From: Acidimicrobiales bacterium
GTDB lineage: Bacteria; Actinomycetota; Acidimicrobiia; Acidimicrobiales; Bog-793
DNA length: 64,000 nt
Reading direction: 5' to 3'
Assembly: GCA_050010115.1 (NCBI GenBank)
Contig: JBEKLQ010000001.1
Coordinates: forward strand, 5,091 to 69,090
The notes under the pieces are model-generated. The model did no database searches, was not told where the DNA came from, and saw nothing but the letters and a program-made list of their open reading frames with translations. The position numbers and the translations under genes are program-made. Shown one piece after another: positions 29,323 through 39,809 of the stretch (positions within the stretch are counted from its first letter, which is position 1; each line of letters begins with the position of its first letter).

Positions 29323-31245
29323 GTGCTCCGTGCTGCCTTCCTGATCCCGCTGCTCCCGTTCGTCGGGTTCCTGCTGCTCACCGCCTTCGGGCGCAAGCTC
29401 GGCAACCCGCGGGCGGGTTGGCTGGCAACGATCATGGTGCTGGCGTCGTTCGTCGTGTCGCTGATCGTCTTCGGTGGCCTGCTGCACCGTCCGGCGAGCG
29501 ACCGGTCCTACACCCAGACCTGGTACACGTGGTTCGCCGTCGATCGTCTCCGTGTGACAGCAGGACTGCTGATCGACCCGCTCTCGATGACGATGGCGAC
29601 GTTCGTCACCGGCGTCAGCTCGCTGATCCACCTGTACTCGATCGGTTACATGGAGCACGACGAGCAATTCCCGAAGTTCTTCTTGTACCTGAACCTGTTC
29701 GTGTCCTCGATGCTCATCCTCGTGCTCGGGGGGAACCTCGTGCTCACCTTCGTCGGCTGGGAAGGCGTCGGGGTGTGCTCCTATTTCCTCATCGCGTTCT
29801 GGTTCAACCGGCCGAGCGCCGCCAGCGCCGGCAAGAAGGCGATGATCTTCAACCGCATCGGCGACGCCGGCTTCCTGCTGGCGATGTTCCTCACCTACGA
29901 GCGCACCGGCAGCCTGCAGTACTCCACGGTGTTCGCACGGCTGGGTCACGTGGGGACTCCGTCGCTCACGGCGATAGCGCTGCTGCTGTTCCTCGGCGCC
30001 GTGGGTAAGTCGGCCCAGCTCCCGCTGTACCCGTGGCTGGCAGACGCCATGGAAGGTCCGACACCGGTCTCGGCATTGATCCACGCCGCCACGATGGTGA
30101 CCGCCGGCGTCTACCTCATGTGCCGCATCAGCCCGATCCTGTACCGCGCGCCCGATGCAGCCCACGTGATCGCCATCGTCGGGGCGGCGACGGCGTTCCT
30201 CGGGGCGACCATCGCTTGCGCCCAGAACGACATCAAGAAGATCCTGGCGTACTCGACGATCAGCCAGCTCGGGTACATGTTCCTCGCCGCAGGCGTCGGG
30301 GCGTACGTGGCGGCCATCTTCCTCATGCTCACGCACGCGTTCTACAAGGCTCTGCTCTTCCTCGGCGCCGGCTCGGTGATCCACGCCATGGGGGACGAGC
30401 AGGACACGAAACGCTTCGGCGCCTTGGCCAAGGTCATGCCCGTCACGGCAGTCACGTTCCTCATCGGCTGGCTGTCGATCGGCGGCGTACCGCCGTTCTC
30501 CGGCTTCTGGTCGAAGGGCGACGTGCTCATGAACGCCTGGGCCGAGAGCCCGGTCCTCTATGTGGTGGCGGCGGTGACCGCGGTCCTCACCGCTTACTAC
30601 CTCGGGCGCTGCTACCTGCTGACCTTCCGGGGTCAACAACGCTGGGTCGAGGCCCGGCCGAGCGGCGACGGCTCGCACGACGCCCATGCGGAGGCTCACG
30701 GGCCGCTCGAGCCGCACGACCCGGGCTGGGTCATGAAGCTGCCACTCGTGGTGCTGGCAGCGGCGTCGATCATCGCCGGCATCATCAACCTGCCGTTCCA
30801 CCCGAACTGGGTCTTCCTCGAGCGCTGGTTGAACCCCGTCGTGGGCGCCCAGTTGCTGAACCACCACTTCTCGATCGGCGCCGAATGGGGCTTCGCGCTC
30901 GGTGACGCCGTGCTCGCCGGTATCGGCGTGGCGATCGCCGTCGGGTTGTGGCGCAACACCGCCGAGCGCCCGGCGGCGGAACCGACCTTCCTGCGCCGGG
31001 CCTGGTTCATCGACGCGGCGTACGACCGGGTCATCGCCCGCGGGTCGACGGAGCTCGCCGTGGTCACCTCCGATGACGTCGAGACGAAGGTCATCGACGG
31101 GGCGGTGAACGGCCTCGGGGCGTTCTTCGCCGGCACGGGCCGCAGGTTGCGGACGGTCCAGACGGGCTACGTGCGCAACTACGCCCTCGGTCTCCTGGGT
31201 GGCCTCGTCATCCTGCTCGCCTACGTCGCTGTGAAGGCGGGCTGA
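29323..31245 (+). CDS. nuoL: NADH-quinone oxidoreductase subunit L
   Basis: LVLTFVGWEGVGVCSYFLIAFWF...STISQLGYMFLAAGVGAYVAAIFLMLTHAFYKALLFLGAGSVIHAM. Confidence 0.95.
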   Translation: MLRAAFLIPLLPFVGFLLLTAFGRKLGNPRAGWLATIMVLASFVVSLIVFGGLLHRPASDRSYTQTWYTWFAVDRLRVTAGLLIDPLSMTMATFVTGVSSLIHLYSIGYMEHDEQFPKFFLYLNLFVSSMLILVLGGNLVLTFVGWEGVGVCSYFLIAFWFNRPSAASAGKKAMIFNRIGDAGFLLAMFLTYERTGSLQYSTVFARLGHVGTPSLTAIALLLFLGAVGKSAQLPLYPWLADAMEGPTPVSALIHAATMVTAGVYLMCRISPILYRAPDAAHVIAIVGAATAFLGATIACAQNDIKKILAYSTISQLGYMFLAAGVGAYVAAIFLMLTHAFYKALLFLGAGSVIHAMGDEQDTKRFGALAKVMPVTAVTFLIGWLSIGGVPPFSGFWSKGDVLMNAWAESPVLYVVAAVTAVLTAYYLGRCYLLTFRGQQRWVEARPSGDGSHDAHAEAHGPLEPHDPGWVMKLPLVVLAAASIIAGIINLPFHPNWVFLERWLNPVVGAQLLNHHFSIGAEWGFALGDAVLAGIGVAIAVGLWRNTAERPAAEPTFLRRAWFIDAAYDRVIARGSTELAVVTSDDVETKVIDGAVNGLGAFFAGTGRRLRTVQTGYVRNYALGLLGGLVILLAYVAVKAG

Positions 31246-32831
31246 TGAGCTCCCACTTCCCGTTCCTCACGGTGCTCGTGCTGCTCCCGGCCGGGGCAGG
31301 CCTCCTCGTGCCGCTCGTCGGGTCATTGGCGGCGAGTTCCGGCGCCGCCGCCGAGCGGCGCGCCGTGCAGGTCGTCGGATGGGTCGGAGTGCTCGCCACG
31401 CTCGTCGTGGCGGCGGTGACGCTCGATCGGTTCTCGAGCCGTGTCGGTGCGTTCCAGATGGTGACGGACCACACCTGGATCGCATCGCTCGGCATCCGCT
31501 GGACGCTCGGCATCGACGGCATCTCGCTGTTCCTCGTCCTCATGACGGCCTTGCTGTTCCCGATCGCGCTCGCAGGCGCCGGCTCGAAGCGCGACGACAA
31601 GTCCTTCGTCGCCTGGCTCCTCATCCTCGAGGCGGGCTGCCTCGGGAGTTTCCTGTCCCTCGACGTGCTCGTGTTTTTCCTGTTCTTCGAGCTCACGCTC
31701 GTGCCCGTGTACTTCATCGTCGCCGGCTTCGGGCACGAACGACGGGGCTACGCGGCGACGAAGTTCTTCCTCTACACCCTCGCCGCCTCCGCCTTCCTCC
31801 TCGTCGGGATCCTGGCGCTGGTCGCCATCCACGCTCATCAGACCGGCGTGACGACCTTCGACGTGCGGGCGCTGGCGACGACGCACCTCTCGGACACCGC
31901 AGGCGTGCTCCTGTTCCTTGCCTTCACGGCCGCGTTCGCCGTGAAGGCCCCGGTGTTCCCGTTCCACACGTGGTCCCCTGACGCCTACCGGGAATCGCCC
32001 GCTGCCGGAGCCGTCATCCTCGCCGGCGTCATGGCAAAGCTCGGGACCTACGGGATCGTGCGGTTCGATCTCGAGCTGTTCCCGAAGGCCGTCGTCACGC
32101 TCGCGCCGCTCCTGCTGACGCTGGGTGTCGTCGGCATCATCTACGGCGGGATCGTCGCCGCTGTCCAGCACGACCTGAAGCGGCTGATCGCCTATTCGTC
32201 GCTCGCCCACATCGGTTTCATCGTGATCGGCACGGTGGCGCTGACCGGGCCGGCCCTGTCCGGAGCGGTGCTGCAGATGGTCAACCATGGCCTCTACACG
32301 GCGGCGCTGTTCCTGCTCGTGGCGATGATCTACCGGCGCTCGGGCAGCTTCTCGACGAAGGACCTCACGGGTCTCCAGTCAAAGGCGCCCGTGCTCGCCG
32401 GCATGTTCACCGTGGTCATGCTGGCGTCGATCGGCGTGCCGGGCCTGAACGGGTTCGTCGGCGAGTTCCTCATCCTGTCGGGGACGTTCCTCACCCACCG
32501 CTGGTGGGCGGTTGCCGCCACCGGGGGCGTGATCATCGCCGCCGTCTACCTCTTGTGGGCCTACCAGCAGGTCTTCCACGGCACTCCGACCGAGCGCGTA
32601 GCAACGTTCAAGGAGATCACGTGGCGTGAGAGCGCCTATGTCGCTCCGCTCATCGCGTTGATCGTGCTCCTCGGGGTGTTCCCCGGCCCATTGCTGTCCC
32701 GGATCACCCCATCGGTCGACCTCCTCGTCACTCACGTCGAACAAGTCGGCCACGCACCGGTACCGCCGGCAGGACAGCCGGCCGTCAAGGTCGCCCTCAA
32801 GCCGGTAACCCCACAAGGTGGCTCCCGATGA
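31245..32831 (+). CDS. nuoM: NADH-quinone oxidoreductase subunit M
   Basis: LGIRWTLGIDGISLFLVLMTALLFP...LPVYFIVAGFGHERRGYAATKFFLYTLAASAFLLVGILAL. Confidence 0.95.
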   Translation: MSSHFPFLTVLVLLPAGAGLLVPLVGSLAASSGAAAERRAVQVVGWVGVLATLVVAAVTLDRFSSRVGAFQMVTDHTWIASLGIRWTLGIDGISLFLVLMTALLFPIALAGAGSKRDDKSFVAWLLILEAGCLGSFLSLDVLVFFLFFELTLVPVYFIVAGFGHERRGYAATKFFLYTLAASAFLLVGILALVAIHAHQTGVTTFDVRALATTHLSDTAGVLLFLAFTAAFAVKAPVFPFHTWSPDAYRESPAAGAVILAGVMAKLGTYGIVRFDLELFPKAVVTLAPLLLTLGVVGIIYGGIVAAVQHDLKRLIAYSSLAHIGFIVIGTVALTGPALSGAVLQMVNHGLYTAALFLLVAMIYRRSGSFSTKDLTGLQSKAPVLAGMFTVVMLASIGVPGLNGFVGEFLILSGTFLTHRWWAVAATGGVIIAAVYLLWAYQQVFHGTPTERVATFKEITWRESAYVAPLIALIVLLGVFPGPLLSRITPSVDLLVTHVEQVGHAPVPPAGQPAVKVALKPVTPQGGSR

Positions 32832-34456
32832 GCTTGTTCGCACTGCTGGCTCCGATCCCCTCCGTGCACATCGACTACACGGCGATCCTGCCCGAGCTGA
32901 TCTTCATCGGCGGTGCACTCGTGTTGTTGCTGGCCGGTGCGCTCAGGGTCCGCCAGATCCCGACGGTGCTCTACACGGCCGCGACCGTGGTGATCTCCGT
33001 GGCCTCGCTCGTGAGCTCGATCGTGCTGTGGAGGACTGTCGCGGTTCACGGGCCGTTCGGGGCGATCTCCGACTCGCTCACCATCGACGGCTTCTCCGTT
33101 GCGTTCATGATCCTGGCCTCGTGCATCCTGGTCGTGGCGGCCTCTGTCGCCGACGGCTATCTCCGTCGCGAGGGCATCGTCGGCCCCGAGTACTACGCGC
33201 TGGCGCTGCTGGCGGCGTCGGGAGCGATGCTGATGGCGTCAGCCAACGACCTGATCGTGATCTTCCTCGGGCTCGAGATCATGTCGATCCCGCTGTACAT
33301 CCTCGCCGGCTTCGACCAGCGCCGCGCCGAGTCCGGTGAAGCAGCCATGAAGTACTTCGTCCTCGGGGCATTCTCGTCGGCGATCTTCGTCTACGGCATC
33401 GCGCTCACCTACGGGGCGACCGGCTCGACGAACCTGGCCGAGATCGCGTCGTACCTGGCCAACAACCTCATCACGTCCAACGGCCTGCTGCTGGCGGGGC
33501 TGGCGTTGCTGCTGGCGGGTTTCGCGTTCAAGGTGGCGGCGGTCCCGTTCCACATGTGGACGCCCGACGTCTATCAGGGCGCCCCAACGCCGGCAACGGG
33601 CTTCATGGCGGCGATCGCCAAGGTGGGCGGGTTCGCTGCGCTGCTCCGCGTGTTCTTCTCGACGTTCCACTCGCTGGCAGTGGACTGGCAGCCCATCTTG
33701 TGGGCCATCGCCATCGTCACGCTGCTCGTGGGCGCCGTGCTCGGCCTTGTCCAGCGTGACATCAAGCGGATGCTGGCCTACTCGTCGATCAACCACGCGG
33801 GCTTCATCCTGCTCGGTTTGCAAGCTGCCACCGCCTCCGGAATCGCGTCGAGCCTGTACTACGTATTCGTGTACGCGTTCTTGGTGCTCGGCAGCTTCAC
33901 GGTTATCGCCGTTGTCGGCGGGACCGGGGATCGCGACCACTCGTTGGAGGACTATCGAGGCCTTGGCCGCCGCCAGCCTGTGCTGGCGCTCTGCTTCGCG
34001 ATCTTGCTGCTGGCACAGGCGGGGGCGCCGTTCACGACTGGATTCCTGGCGAAGCTGTACGTGGTCGAGTCCGCCGTCCAGGCGCACTCCTACGCGCTCG
34101 CTGTCATCGCCATGCTGTCGGGAGCCGTGGCGGCGGCGTTCTACCTCCGTGTGGTGTTCCTGATGTACGGGTCCGGTGGGGCTGTGGTCGAGACGCAGGC
34201 CGGCGGCGTGCCCGAGGTGGACCTGGCGGCCCCGGAGGCTGCCGGCACGGCGCCCGCCGGCGCCCTCGCCGTGGCCGTCGCCGACCCGGCCACCGCCACC
34301 GTTGCCGTCACCGCTCCTGGGTTCGGCCTCGCTCGCCTGCCGATCCCGCTCGGGAGCCAGATCGGGCTCTTCCTCACGGTCGGGTTCACGCTCGTGTTCG
34401 GGATCTGGCCGGGACCGCTGTTCTCGTTCGTGCACGCTGCCAGCTTGGCGTTCTGA
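32828..34456 (+). CDS. nuoN: NADH-quinone oxidoreductase subunit N
   Basis: VIFLGLEIMSIPLYILAGFDQRRAESGEAAMKYFVLGAFSSAIFVYGIALTYG...ATPATGFMAAIAKVGGFAALLRVF. Confidence 0.95.
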   Translation: MSLFALLAPIPSVHIDYTAILPELIFIGGALVLLLAGALRVRQIPTVLYTAATVVISVASLVSSIVLWRTVAVHGPFGAISDSLTIDGFSVAFMILASCILVVAASVADGYLRREGIVGPEYYALALLAASGAMLMASANDLIVIFLGLEIMSIPLYILAGFDQRRAESGEAAMKYFVLGAFSSAIFVYGIALTYGATGSTNLAEIASYLANNLITSNGLLLAGLALLLAGFAFKVAAVPFHMWTPDVYQGAPTPATGFMAAIAKVGGFAALLRVFFSTFHSLAVDWQPILWAIAIVTLLVGAVLGLVQRDIKRMLAYSSINHAGFILLGLQAATASGIASSLYYVFVYAFLVLGSFTVIAVVGGTGDRDHSLEDYRGLGRRQPVLALCFAILLLAQAGAPFTTGFLAKLYVVESAVQAHSYALAVIAMLSGAVAAAFYLRVVFLMYGSGGAVVETQAGGVPEVDLAAPEAAGTAPAGALAVAVADPATATVAVTAPGFGLARLPIPLGSQIGLFLTVGFTLVFGIWPGPLFSFVHAASLAF

Positions 34457-34570
34457 CCCATGCGCGGTATCGCCGGGGTCGCCCGGTCAGCGGAGGACCG
34501 GGCCCGGCTCGGCGCCATGATCGAGTCGATGGCGCACCGGGGCCGCGAACGGCCGCGGCCGCGCTCCCCG

Positions 34571-37500
34571 TTACTTGCTGTCGCCCGACTCCACGGCGCT
34601 CGCCCCGGGCCCGACCGTCTCGTCACCCGCTTCAGACCCGGCGCCCACACCCACCGGCACGAGGAAGCGCCCGATGAGCGGAAGCTCCCAGAAGCTCTCG
34701 GCCTTCGCGATCGCCAGTGCCGCTGCGAGCGACTGCTCGGCGGAGTCCCAGACGACATAGCGCGGTAGCCATTCCGGGTCGAACTTGGCGTTGAAACGCC
34801 AGAGCGACTCGATCTGCATCGAGTCGGACATCCGGCGGAGCAGCCAGCGCTCCAGCTTCGTCGAGATGCCGTCTCCGGCTTCGCCGGCGAGGACCGCCCG
34901 CATCATGGCGAAGTTGAGCCCGAGCTTGGCATGACCGTCGTCGCGCAACCGCTCCATCGTGCGGACGAGGATGAAGTCGAACAGGCCGTTCGGGTGGTCG
35001 CCGTTGTCGCGTCGCATGAGATCGAGCGAGTAGCCGCCGATCCCGGGTGCGGGGACGAACTGGCAGAACGCCACGGGCCGCCCGTTGGGGTCCGACGCGA
35101 CGGCGAGGATCAGTCCCGAATCGTGCGGGTCGAATATCCGCCCGAGCGTCATGGAGAAACCCCTCTCCACCCCTCCACGCCGGCTCTGGGTCATCACGTC
35201 CCGCAGGGCTTCGGCAAGCTCCGGGTCGCAGTCGGCGGGGTCGTGGAAGCTGATGGTGTAGCCGTATTTGGCGATCCGGTTGACGGCCTGGCGCAGGCCC
35301 TTCTTCGACCCTCCGGCCAGCGACATCGTGCGGACGTCCACGACACCCTCGTCGCCGATGTAGAGGTCACGCATCCCGGACCGGTGGTAGATCGGCAGCC
35401 AATCCTGGCCGGCCGCGAGTACCGCCACGGCCCAGCCGTGCTCGTCGGCAAAGCGCCGGAACGCCGCCCACAGACGGGCGCGCTCTTCGAGTGGGCCGAT
35501 CGGATCCGGCGAGACCAGGCAGACCCCTGAGCGGATCGCATAGGCCACGACGCTGTCCCGATCGAAGAAGTGCTGCTTGTCACTCCGTAGCGCGAAGTAG
35601 TCGAGGGTTCCGCTGCCCCGCCGGCTGACGACGTCCCGTGCCTGGTCGAAGTCTGCCAGCGCGGCGTCGGCGGAACGCCCGTCGCCGCTGATCGCCGATC
35701 CGTCGCCTCCACTGCCTTCAGCTGCCGTCTGAGCCGGGTGTCGTGCGAGCCTGCGGTCCACGACCGGACGGAAGACCAGCACGAGCGCCACTGCCGCAAG
35801 GCCGAGGCCCACCGCGAGCAAGGCTGGGTCGAGGAAGTCGCCGACCGTGTCCGGAAGCTGAACCGGTCTGAGACCGACCAGCCCGCCGGCCGACGCCAGG
35901 AAGGCCGAGCCCAAGGACAGCGACTGGACAGTGGTGTGGTGGTGATCTTGCCGGTAGAACGCCACACCGAGCCAGAGGGCGAGCGTCGTGAAAGCCGTCA
36001 CCCCGATCGCGCCACCGATCAGTGTCATCAAGCCGGCGCGGAGCGACGGGGGGTCGAACCGCCCACGAAACGAGTCCCGTGCCCACACGAGCCACGCCAG
36101 CACGACGAGCGCCACCAACGAATGCAGGACCTGACCGCCTCGCAGCAGGTGCAGGAGCGACGTCACGGCTTCGATGCCGATGGAGACGAGCCAGGCGAGT
36201 CGCTGCCCTCGCCGGAGGCCGAGCGCCAGGAGCAGCAGGGCGATGCCGGCCAGCGCGTCGAGGGCGCCCGCAGCCTCACTCGCGCCGAGGGGGACGTAAC
36301 CGAGGTAGGGGTGCAGGTGGCCTCGAACCTGTACCGGCGCCAGCGCTGACACGAGGTCGAGCACACCGCTCAGCAACACGACGGTGGCGGCGGCTCGCCG
36401 AATCAAGCGCCGGCGGCGCATCGGGTCGTCGATCGGGGGCCAGCTCGTCGTCCCGGGGAACGCCGCCACGACCGAGAGCTCGAGAGGCGGCCGGCGACGG
36501 CCCACGGCGAATCGCTCGAGCACGCTGCCGGCGGCGCGCTGCTGGCGGGCCACGCACAGGCGTGCGTGCACGTCGGCGCCGCCCTCGACCTCCACGAAGG
36601 AGACCTGCTCGTCGCGTACGAACACCGGCGGCATGCCGAGGACGGCGCGCCGCTCGTCGACGAGCTCGGCGCAAGCGCCGGTGTTGGCGAAGAAACCGTT
36701 CCCGACGCTCCCCAGCTCGGCCCTCAACGTGTGGCCGGTGATGAGGCCGGCATAACCCTCGGCCACGAGGATCCGAGCGGCATCACGGGCAGCGTCGTTC
36801 GCCCGGTCGCCCGGCGGCCCGAGGAGTGCACTCCCGGGACCGGCCCACACGCGGTGGTTCACCACGGCCAACACCACCGCAACCGCCACGAGCTCGAGCG
36901 CCAGCGAGATGGCGATGTCCCGCAGCGGCTGGGCGAAGCCGTGCAGCCTGCTCGGCACGCCGAGGAGCCACAGCTCCGGCAGCCGGGCGAGCACAGCCAC
37001 GGCGATTGGGATGAGCAGCCACCAGGCGTAACGTCCGAACCGCCGGTACATGAGGCGCGAAGCCACAAAGCGCGGCAGCCCGGCGGGATCCGCCAGCCGG
37101 TCGATGCCATCGAGCCATCCGGACTTCGTCGAGGTGAGCGCCGGGAACAGGTCAGTGACGGCATGATGGCCGAGCGGCGTGTCGCGCGGGTCCGTGGGGT
37201 CTGCGTAAGCGCAGCGGCTGTCGTAGGACCAACCGGGCTCGACACGGACGAGGCGACTCCCGGAGGCCGTCCGGACGGCGAGATCGGCGGCGAGCGCCAC
37301 CTCGAAACCGCACGAGGCGACGGACTCCATCGTGGCGGGGTCGTAACAGATCGCCCGGTCCCTCGTCCCCGGCAACAGGATCACCCGGCGGCAGTCTTCC
37401 CGGACAAAACCTGCCAGCGCGTCCCCCAGCTCCACATGTGCCGCCAAGGCCTTCGCAGGGAGATCCGCCGCGCAATCGGTCAGCTCGAACATGTTGCCGG

Positions 37501-37678
37501 CGATGACGACAGCTCCGGGGCCCGTGATGGCGGTGATCGTGTTGGCGAGCTCGCGCGACGCTGAAGTCGACGCGGGAGTCGGCGAGGCACCGAGGAACAG
37601 GTCGCTCGCCACGACCACACGGCCACCCACCGGTAACTCGACGGTCGTGCAAGTCGCTACGCAACTCGGTTGGGCCAT
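34571..37678 (-). CDS. Large membrane protein: N-terminal metallophosphoesterase-like (apparently degenerate) domain, TM region, C-terminal DUF2156/phosphatidylglycerol lysyltransferase-like domain
   Basis: Frame of ORF 34571..37861; start chosen at ATG 37678 (MAQPSCVATCTTVELPVGGRVVVASDLFLGASP). C-terminus: TLDYFALRSDKQHFFDRDSVVAYAIRSGVCLVSPDPIG...GLRQAVNRIAKYGYTI...LGLNFAMMRAV. Confidence 0.8.
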   Translation of the reverse strand: MAQPSCVATCTTVELPVGGRVVVASDLFLGASPTPASTSASRELANTITAITGPGAVVIAGNMFELTDCAADLPAKALAAHVELGDALAGFVREDCRRVILLPGTRDRAICYDPATMESVASCGFEVALAADLAVRTASGSRLVRVEPGWSYDSRCAYADPTDPRDTPLGHHAVTDLFPALTSTKSGWLDGIDRLADPAGLPRFVASRLMYRRFGRYAWWLLIPIAVAVLARLPELWLLGVPSRLHGFAQPLRDIAISLALELVAVAVVLAVVNHRVWAGPGSALLGPPGDRANDAARDAARILVAEGYAGLITGHTLRAELGSVGNGFFANTGACAELVDERRAVLGMPPVFVRDEQVSFVEVEGGADVHARLCVARQQRAAGSVLERFAVGRRRPPLELSVVAAFPGTTSWPPIDDPMRRRRLIRRAAATVVLLSGVLDLVSALAPVQVRGHLHPYLGYVPLGASEAAGALDALAGIALLLLALGLRRGQRLAWLVSIGIEAVTSLLHLLRGGQVLHSLVALVVLAWLVWARDSFRGRFDPPSLRAGLMTLIGGAIGVTAFTTLALWLGVAFYRQDHHHTTVQSLSLGSAFLASAGGLVGLRPVQLPDTVGDFLDPALLAVGLGLAAVALVLVFRPVVDRRLARHPAQTAAEGSGGDGSAISGDGRSADAALADFDQARDVVSRRGSGTLDYFALRSDKQHFFDRDSVVAYAIRSGVCLVSPDPIGPLEERARLWAAFRRFADEHGWAVAVLAAGQDWLPIYHRSGMRDLYIGDEGVVDVRTMSLAGGSKKGLRQAVNRIAKYGYTISFHDPADCDPELAEALRDVMTQSRRGGVERGFSMTLGRIFDPHDSGLILAVASDPNGRPVAFCQFVPAPGIGGYSLDLMRRDNGDHPNGLFDFILVRTMERLRDDGHAKLGLNFAMMRAVLAGEAGDGISTKLERWLLRRMSDSMQIESLWRFNAKFDPEWLPRYVVWDSAEQSLAAALAIAKAESFWELPLIGRFLVPVGVGAGSEAGDETVGPGASAVESGDSK

Positions 37679-37782
37679 GGTGCCCCCATCTTGCCAGCCC
37701 ATCGGCACGTGACGGGCACAGCGGCCGTCGGCGCGAGCAGGCCAACTTTGACATCGGCCGAGCTTCGGGGTTAAGTCTGCGA

Positions 37783-39768
37783 ATGAGCGACGACACCACG
37801 CCCGCAACTGCTGGGGCAACGATCGAGGACTACCTCGCGGAGGAGCGGACGTTCCCTCCATCGGGCAAGACCCGATCCGAGGCGCTCGTCAACGATGACT
37901 CGCTTTACACCGAAGCCGCTGACCGGCTGCGGTTCTGGGACACTCAGGCGCGTGCGCTCACCTGGTTCGAGCCGTGGGAGACGACCCTCGAGTGGGAGCT
38001 CCCATTCGCCAAGTGGTTCGTCGGAGGCAAGCTGAACGTCTCGTACAACTGCCTCGACCGCCACGTCGAGGCCGGGCTCGGCGACCGGGTCGCCTATCAC
38101 TTCGAGGGCGAGCCGGGCGACAGGCGCACGATCACGTATGCGGCACTGCTGGAGGAAGTCGGGCGCTGCGCCAACGCGTTGCGCAGCCTCGGCGTGGAGC
38201 GCGGCGACCGGGTGGCGATCTACATGCCGATGATCCCCGAGCTTGCGGTGGCGATGCTGGCGTGCGCCCGGGTGGGGGCGGCGCATTCGGTGGTGTTCGG
38301 GGGTTTCTCGGCCGATGCCTTGCGCGGCCGGATCGAGGACGCTGACGCACGTGTCCTCATCACCGCCGACGGGGGTTGGCGTCGCGGCCAGCCCGTCCGC
38401 CTGAAGGCGAGCGCCGATCTCGCGCTGGCGGGTGGGGCCGAGTCGATCGAGCACGTGATCGTGGCCCGCCGGTTAGGCGATGCCGCCGGCGACACCCACA
38501 TGGCCGAGGGCCGGGACGTCTGGTGGCACGACATCGTCCCGCAGCAGGACGCCCACTGCCCGCCAGAGGCCATGGACTCAGAAGATCTGCTCTTTCTCCT
38601 CTACACCTCCGGCACCACCGCGACGCCCAAAGGCATCATGCACACCTCCGGCGGTTACCTCACCCAGGTCGCCTACACGCACAAGTACGTGTTCGACCAC
38701 GTGCCCGAGCGTGACGTCTACTGGTGCGCAGCCGACATCGGATGGGTGACGGGCCACAGCTACATCGTCTACGGACCGCTCGCCAACGCGGCGACGAGCG
38801 TGCTGTACGAGGGCACGCCGGACCACCCCGGCCGCGACCGATGGTGGTCGATCATCGAGCGTTACGGCGTCACGATCCTGTACACGGCGCCCACGGCGAT
38901 CCGCACGTTCATGAAGTGGGGCGCCGAGCACCCGGCTGCCCACGATCTTTCCAGCCTGCGGATTCTCGGATCCGTCGGCGAGCCGATCAACCCCGAGGCA
39001 TGGGTCTGGTACTACGAGCACATCGGTGGCGGGCGCTGCCCGGTCGTCGACACGTGGTGGCAGACCGAGACGGGAGCCATCATGATCTCGCCGCTCCCGG
39101 GTGTGACGACGCTGAAGCCGGGCTCTGCGACGTTCCCGCTCCCGGGCATCTCGGCAGAGCTCGTGGACGAAGCCGGTGAGCCCGTTACCCGAGGAGGGGG
39201 ATACCTGACGCTGCCCGAGCCGTGGCCGGCGATGTTGCGCGGGATCTACGGGGACCCGGAGCGGTACCAGGCGACGTACTGGAGCCGTTTCGCCGGGCGG
39301 TACTTCGCCGGTGACGGGGCCAAGCTCGATGCCGACGGTTACCTGTGGCTCCTCGGTCGTGTCGACGACGTCATGAACGTCTCAGGCCACCGGGTCTCCA
39401 CGACCGAGGTGGAGTCTGCCCTCGTCGATCATGCGAGCGTCGCCGAGGCGGCGGTGGTGGGGGCAAACGACGCCACGACCGGCCAGGCCATCATCGCGTT
39501 CGTGACGCTGCGGAGCGGGTACGAGGCGAGCCTGGAGCACGGCGAGATGCTGCGGGCCCACGTCTCGGTCAAGATCGGGGCGATCGCCAGGCCGAAGACC
39601 GTGATCTTCACCGACGATCTGCCGAAGACCCGGTCGGGCAAGATCATGCGCCGGCTCCTGCGCGACGTCGCCGAGGGCCGCGATCTCGGGGACACGACCA
39701 CGCTGGCCGATCCGGCGGTCGTCGAGGAGTTGCGGACCCGCTCGACCACGCACCCGACCGAGGAGTAG
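37783..39768 (+). CDS. acsA: Acetate--CoA ligase
   Basis: LNVSYNCLDRHVEAGLGDRVAYHFEGE...YTSGTTATPKGIMHTSGGYLTQVAYTHKYVFD...DTWWQTETGAIMISPLPG...GHRVSTTEVESALVDH...KTRSGKIMRRLLRDVAEG. Confidence 0.96.
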   Translation: MSDDTTPATAGATIEDYLAEERTFPPSGKTRSEALVNDDSLYTEAADRLRFWDTQARALTWFEPWETTLEWELPFAKWFVGGKLNVSYNCLDRHVEAGLGDRVAYHFEGEPGDRRTITYAALLEEVGRCANALRSLGVERGDRVAIYMPMIPELAVAMLACARVGAAHSVVFGGFSADALRGRIEDADARVLITADGGWRRGQPVRLKASADLALAGGAESIEHVIVARRLGDAAGDTHMAEGRDVWWHDIVPQQDAHCPPEAMDSEDLLFLLYTSGTTATPKGIMHTSGGYLTQVAYTHKYVFDHVPERDVYWCAADIGWVTGHSYIVYGPLANAATSVLYEGTPDHPGRDRWWSIIERYGVTILYTAPTAIRTFMKWGAEHPAAHDLSSLRILGSVGEPINPEAWVWYYEHIGGGRCPVVDTWWQTETGAIMISPLPGVTTLKPGSATFPLPGISAELVDEAGEPVTRGGGYLTLPEPWPAMLRGIYGDPERYQATYWSRFAGRYFAGDGAKLDADGYLWLLGRVDDVMNVSGHRVSTTEVESALVDHASVAEAAVVGANDATTGQAIIAFVTLRSGYEASLEHGEMLRAHVSVKIGAIARPKTVIFTDDLPKTRSGKIMRRLLRDVAEGRDLGDTTTLADPAVVEELRTRSTTHPTEE

Positions 39769-39809
39769 CGCCGAAGCGACCCGCCGTCGCTCTGTGCCGG
39801 CTCTCCGGC

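Noticed and set aside
28864-30867. 667-aa minus-strand ORF antisense to nuoJ/K/L
   Set aside because: Composition (His/Arg/Asp-rich, no hydrophobic pattern) is that of a complementary-frame artefact of nuo genes.
34460-34768. 102-aa ORF (MRGIAGVARSAEDRARLGAMIES...) after nuoN
   Set aside because: Overlaps the 3' end of the minus-strand DUF2156 gene and has no recognisable domain; likely spurious.
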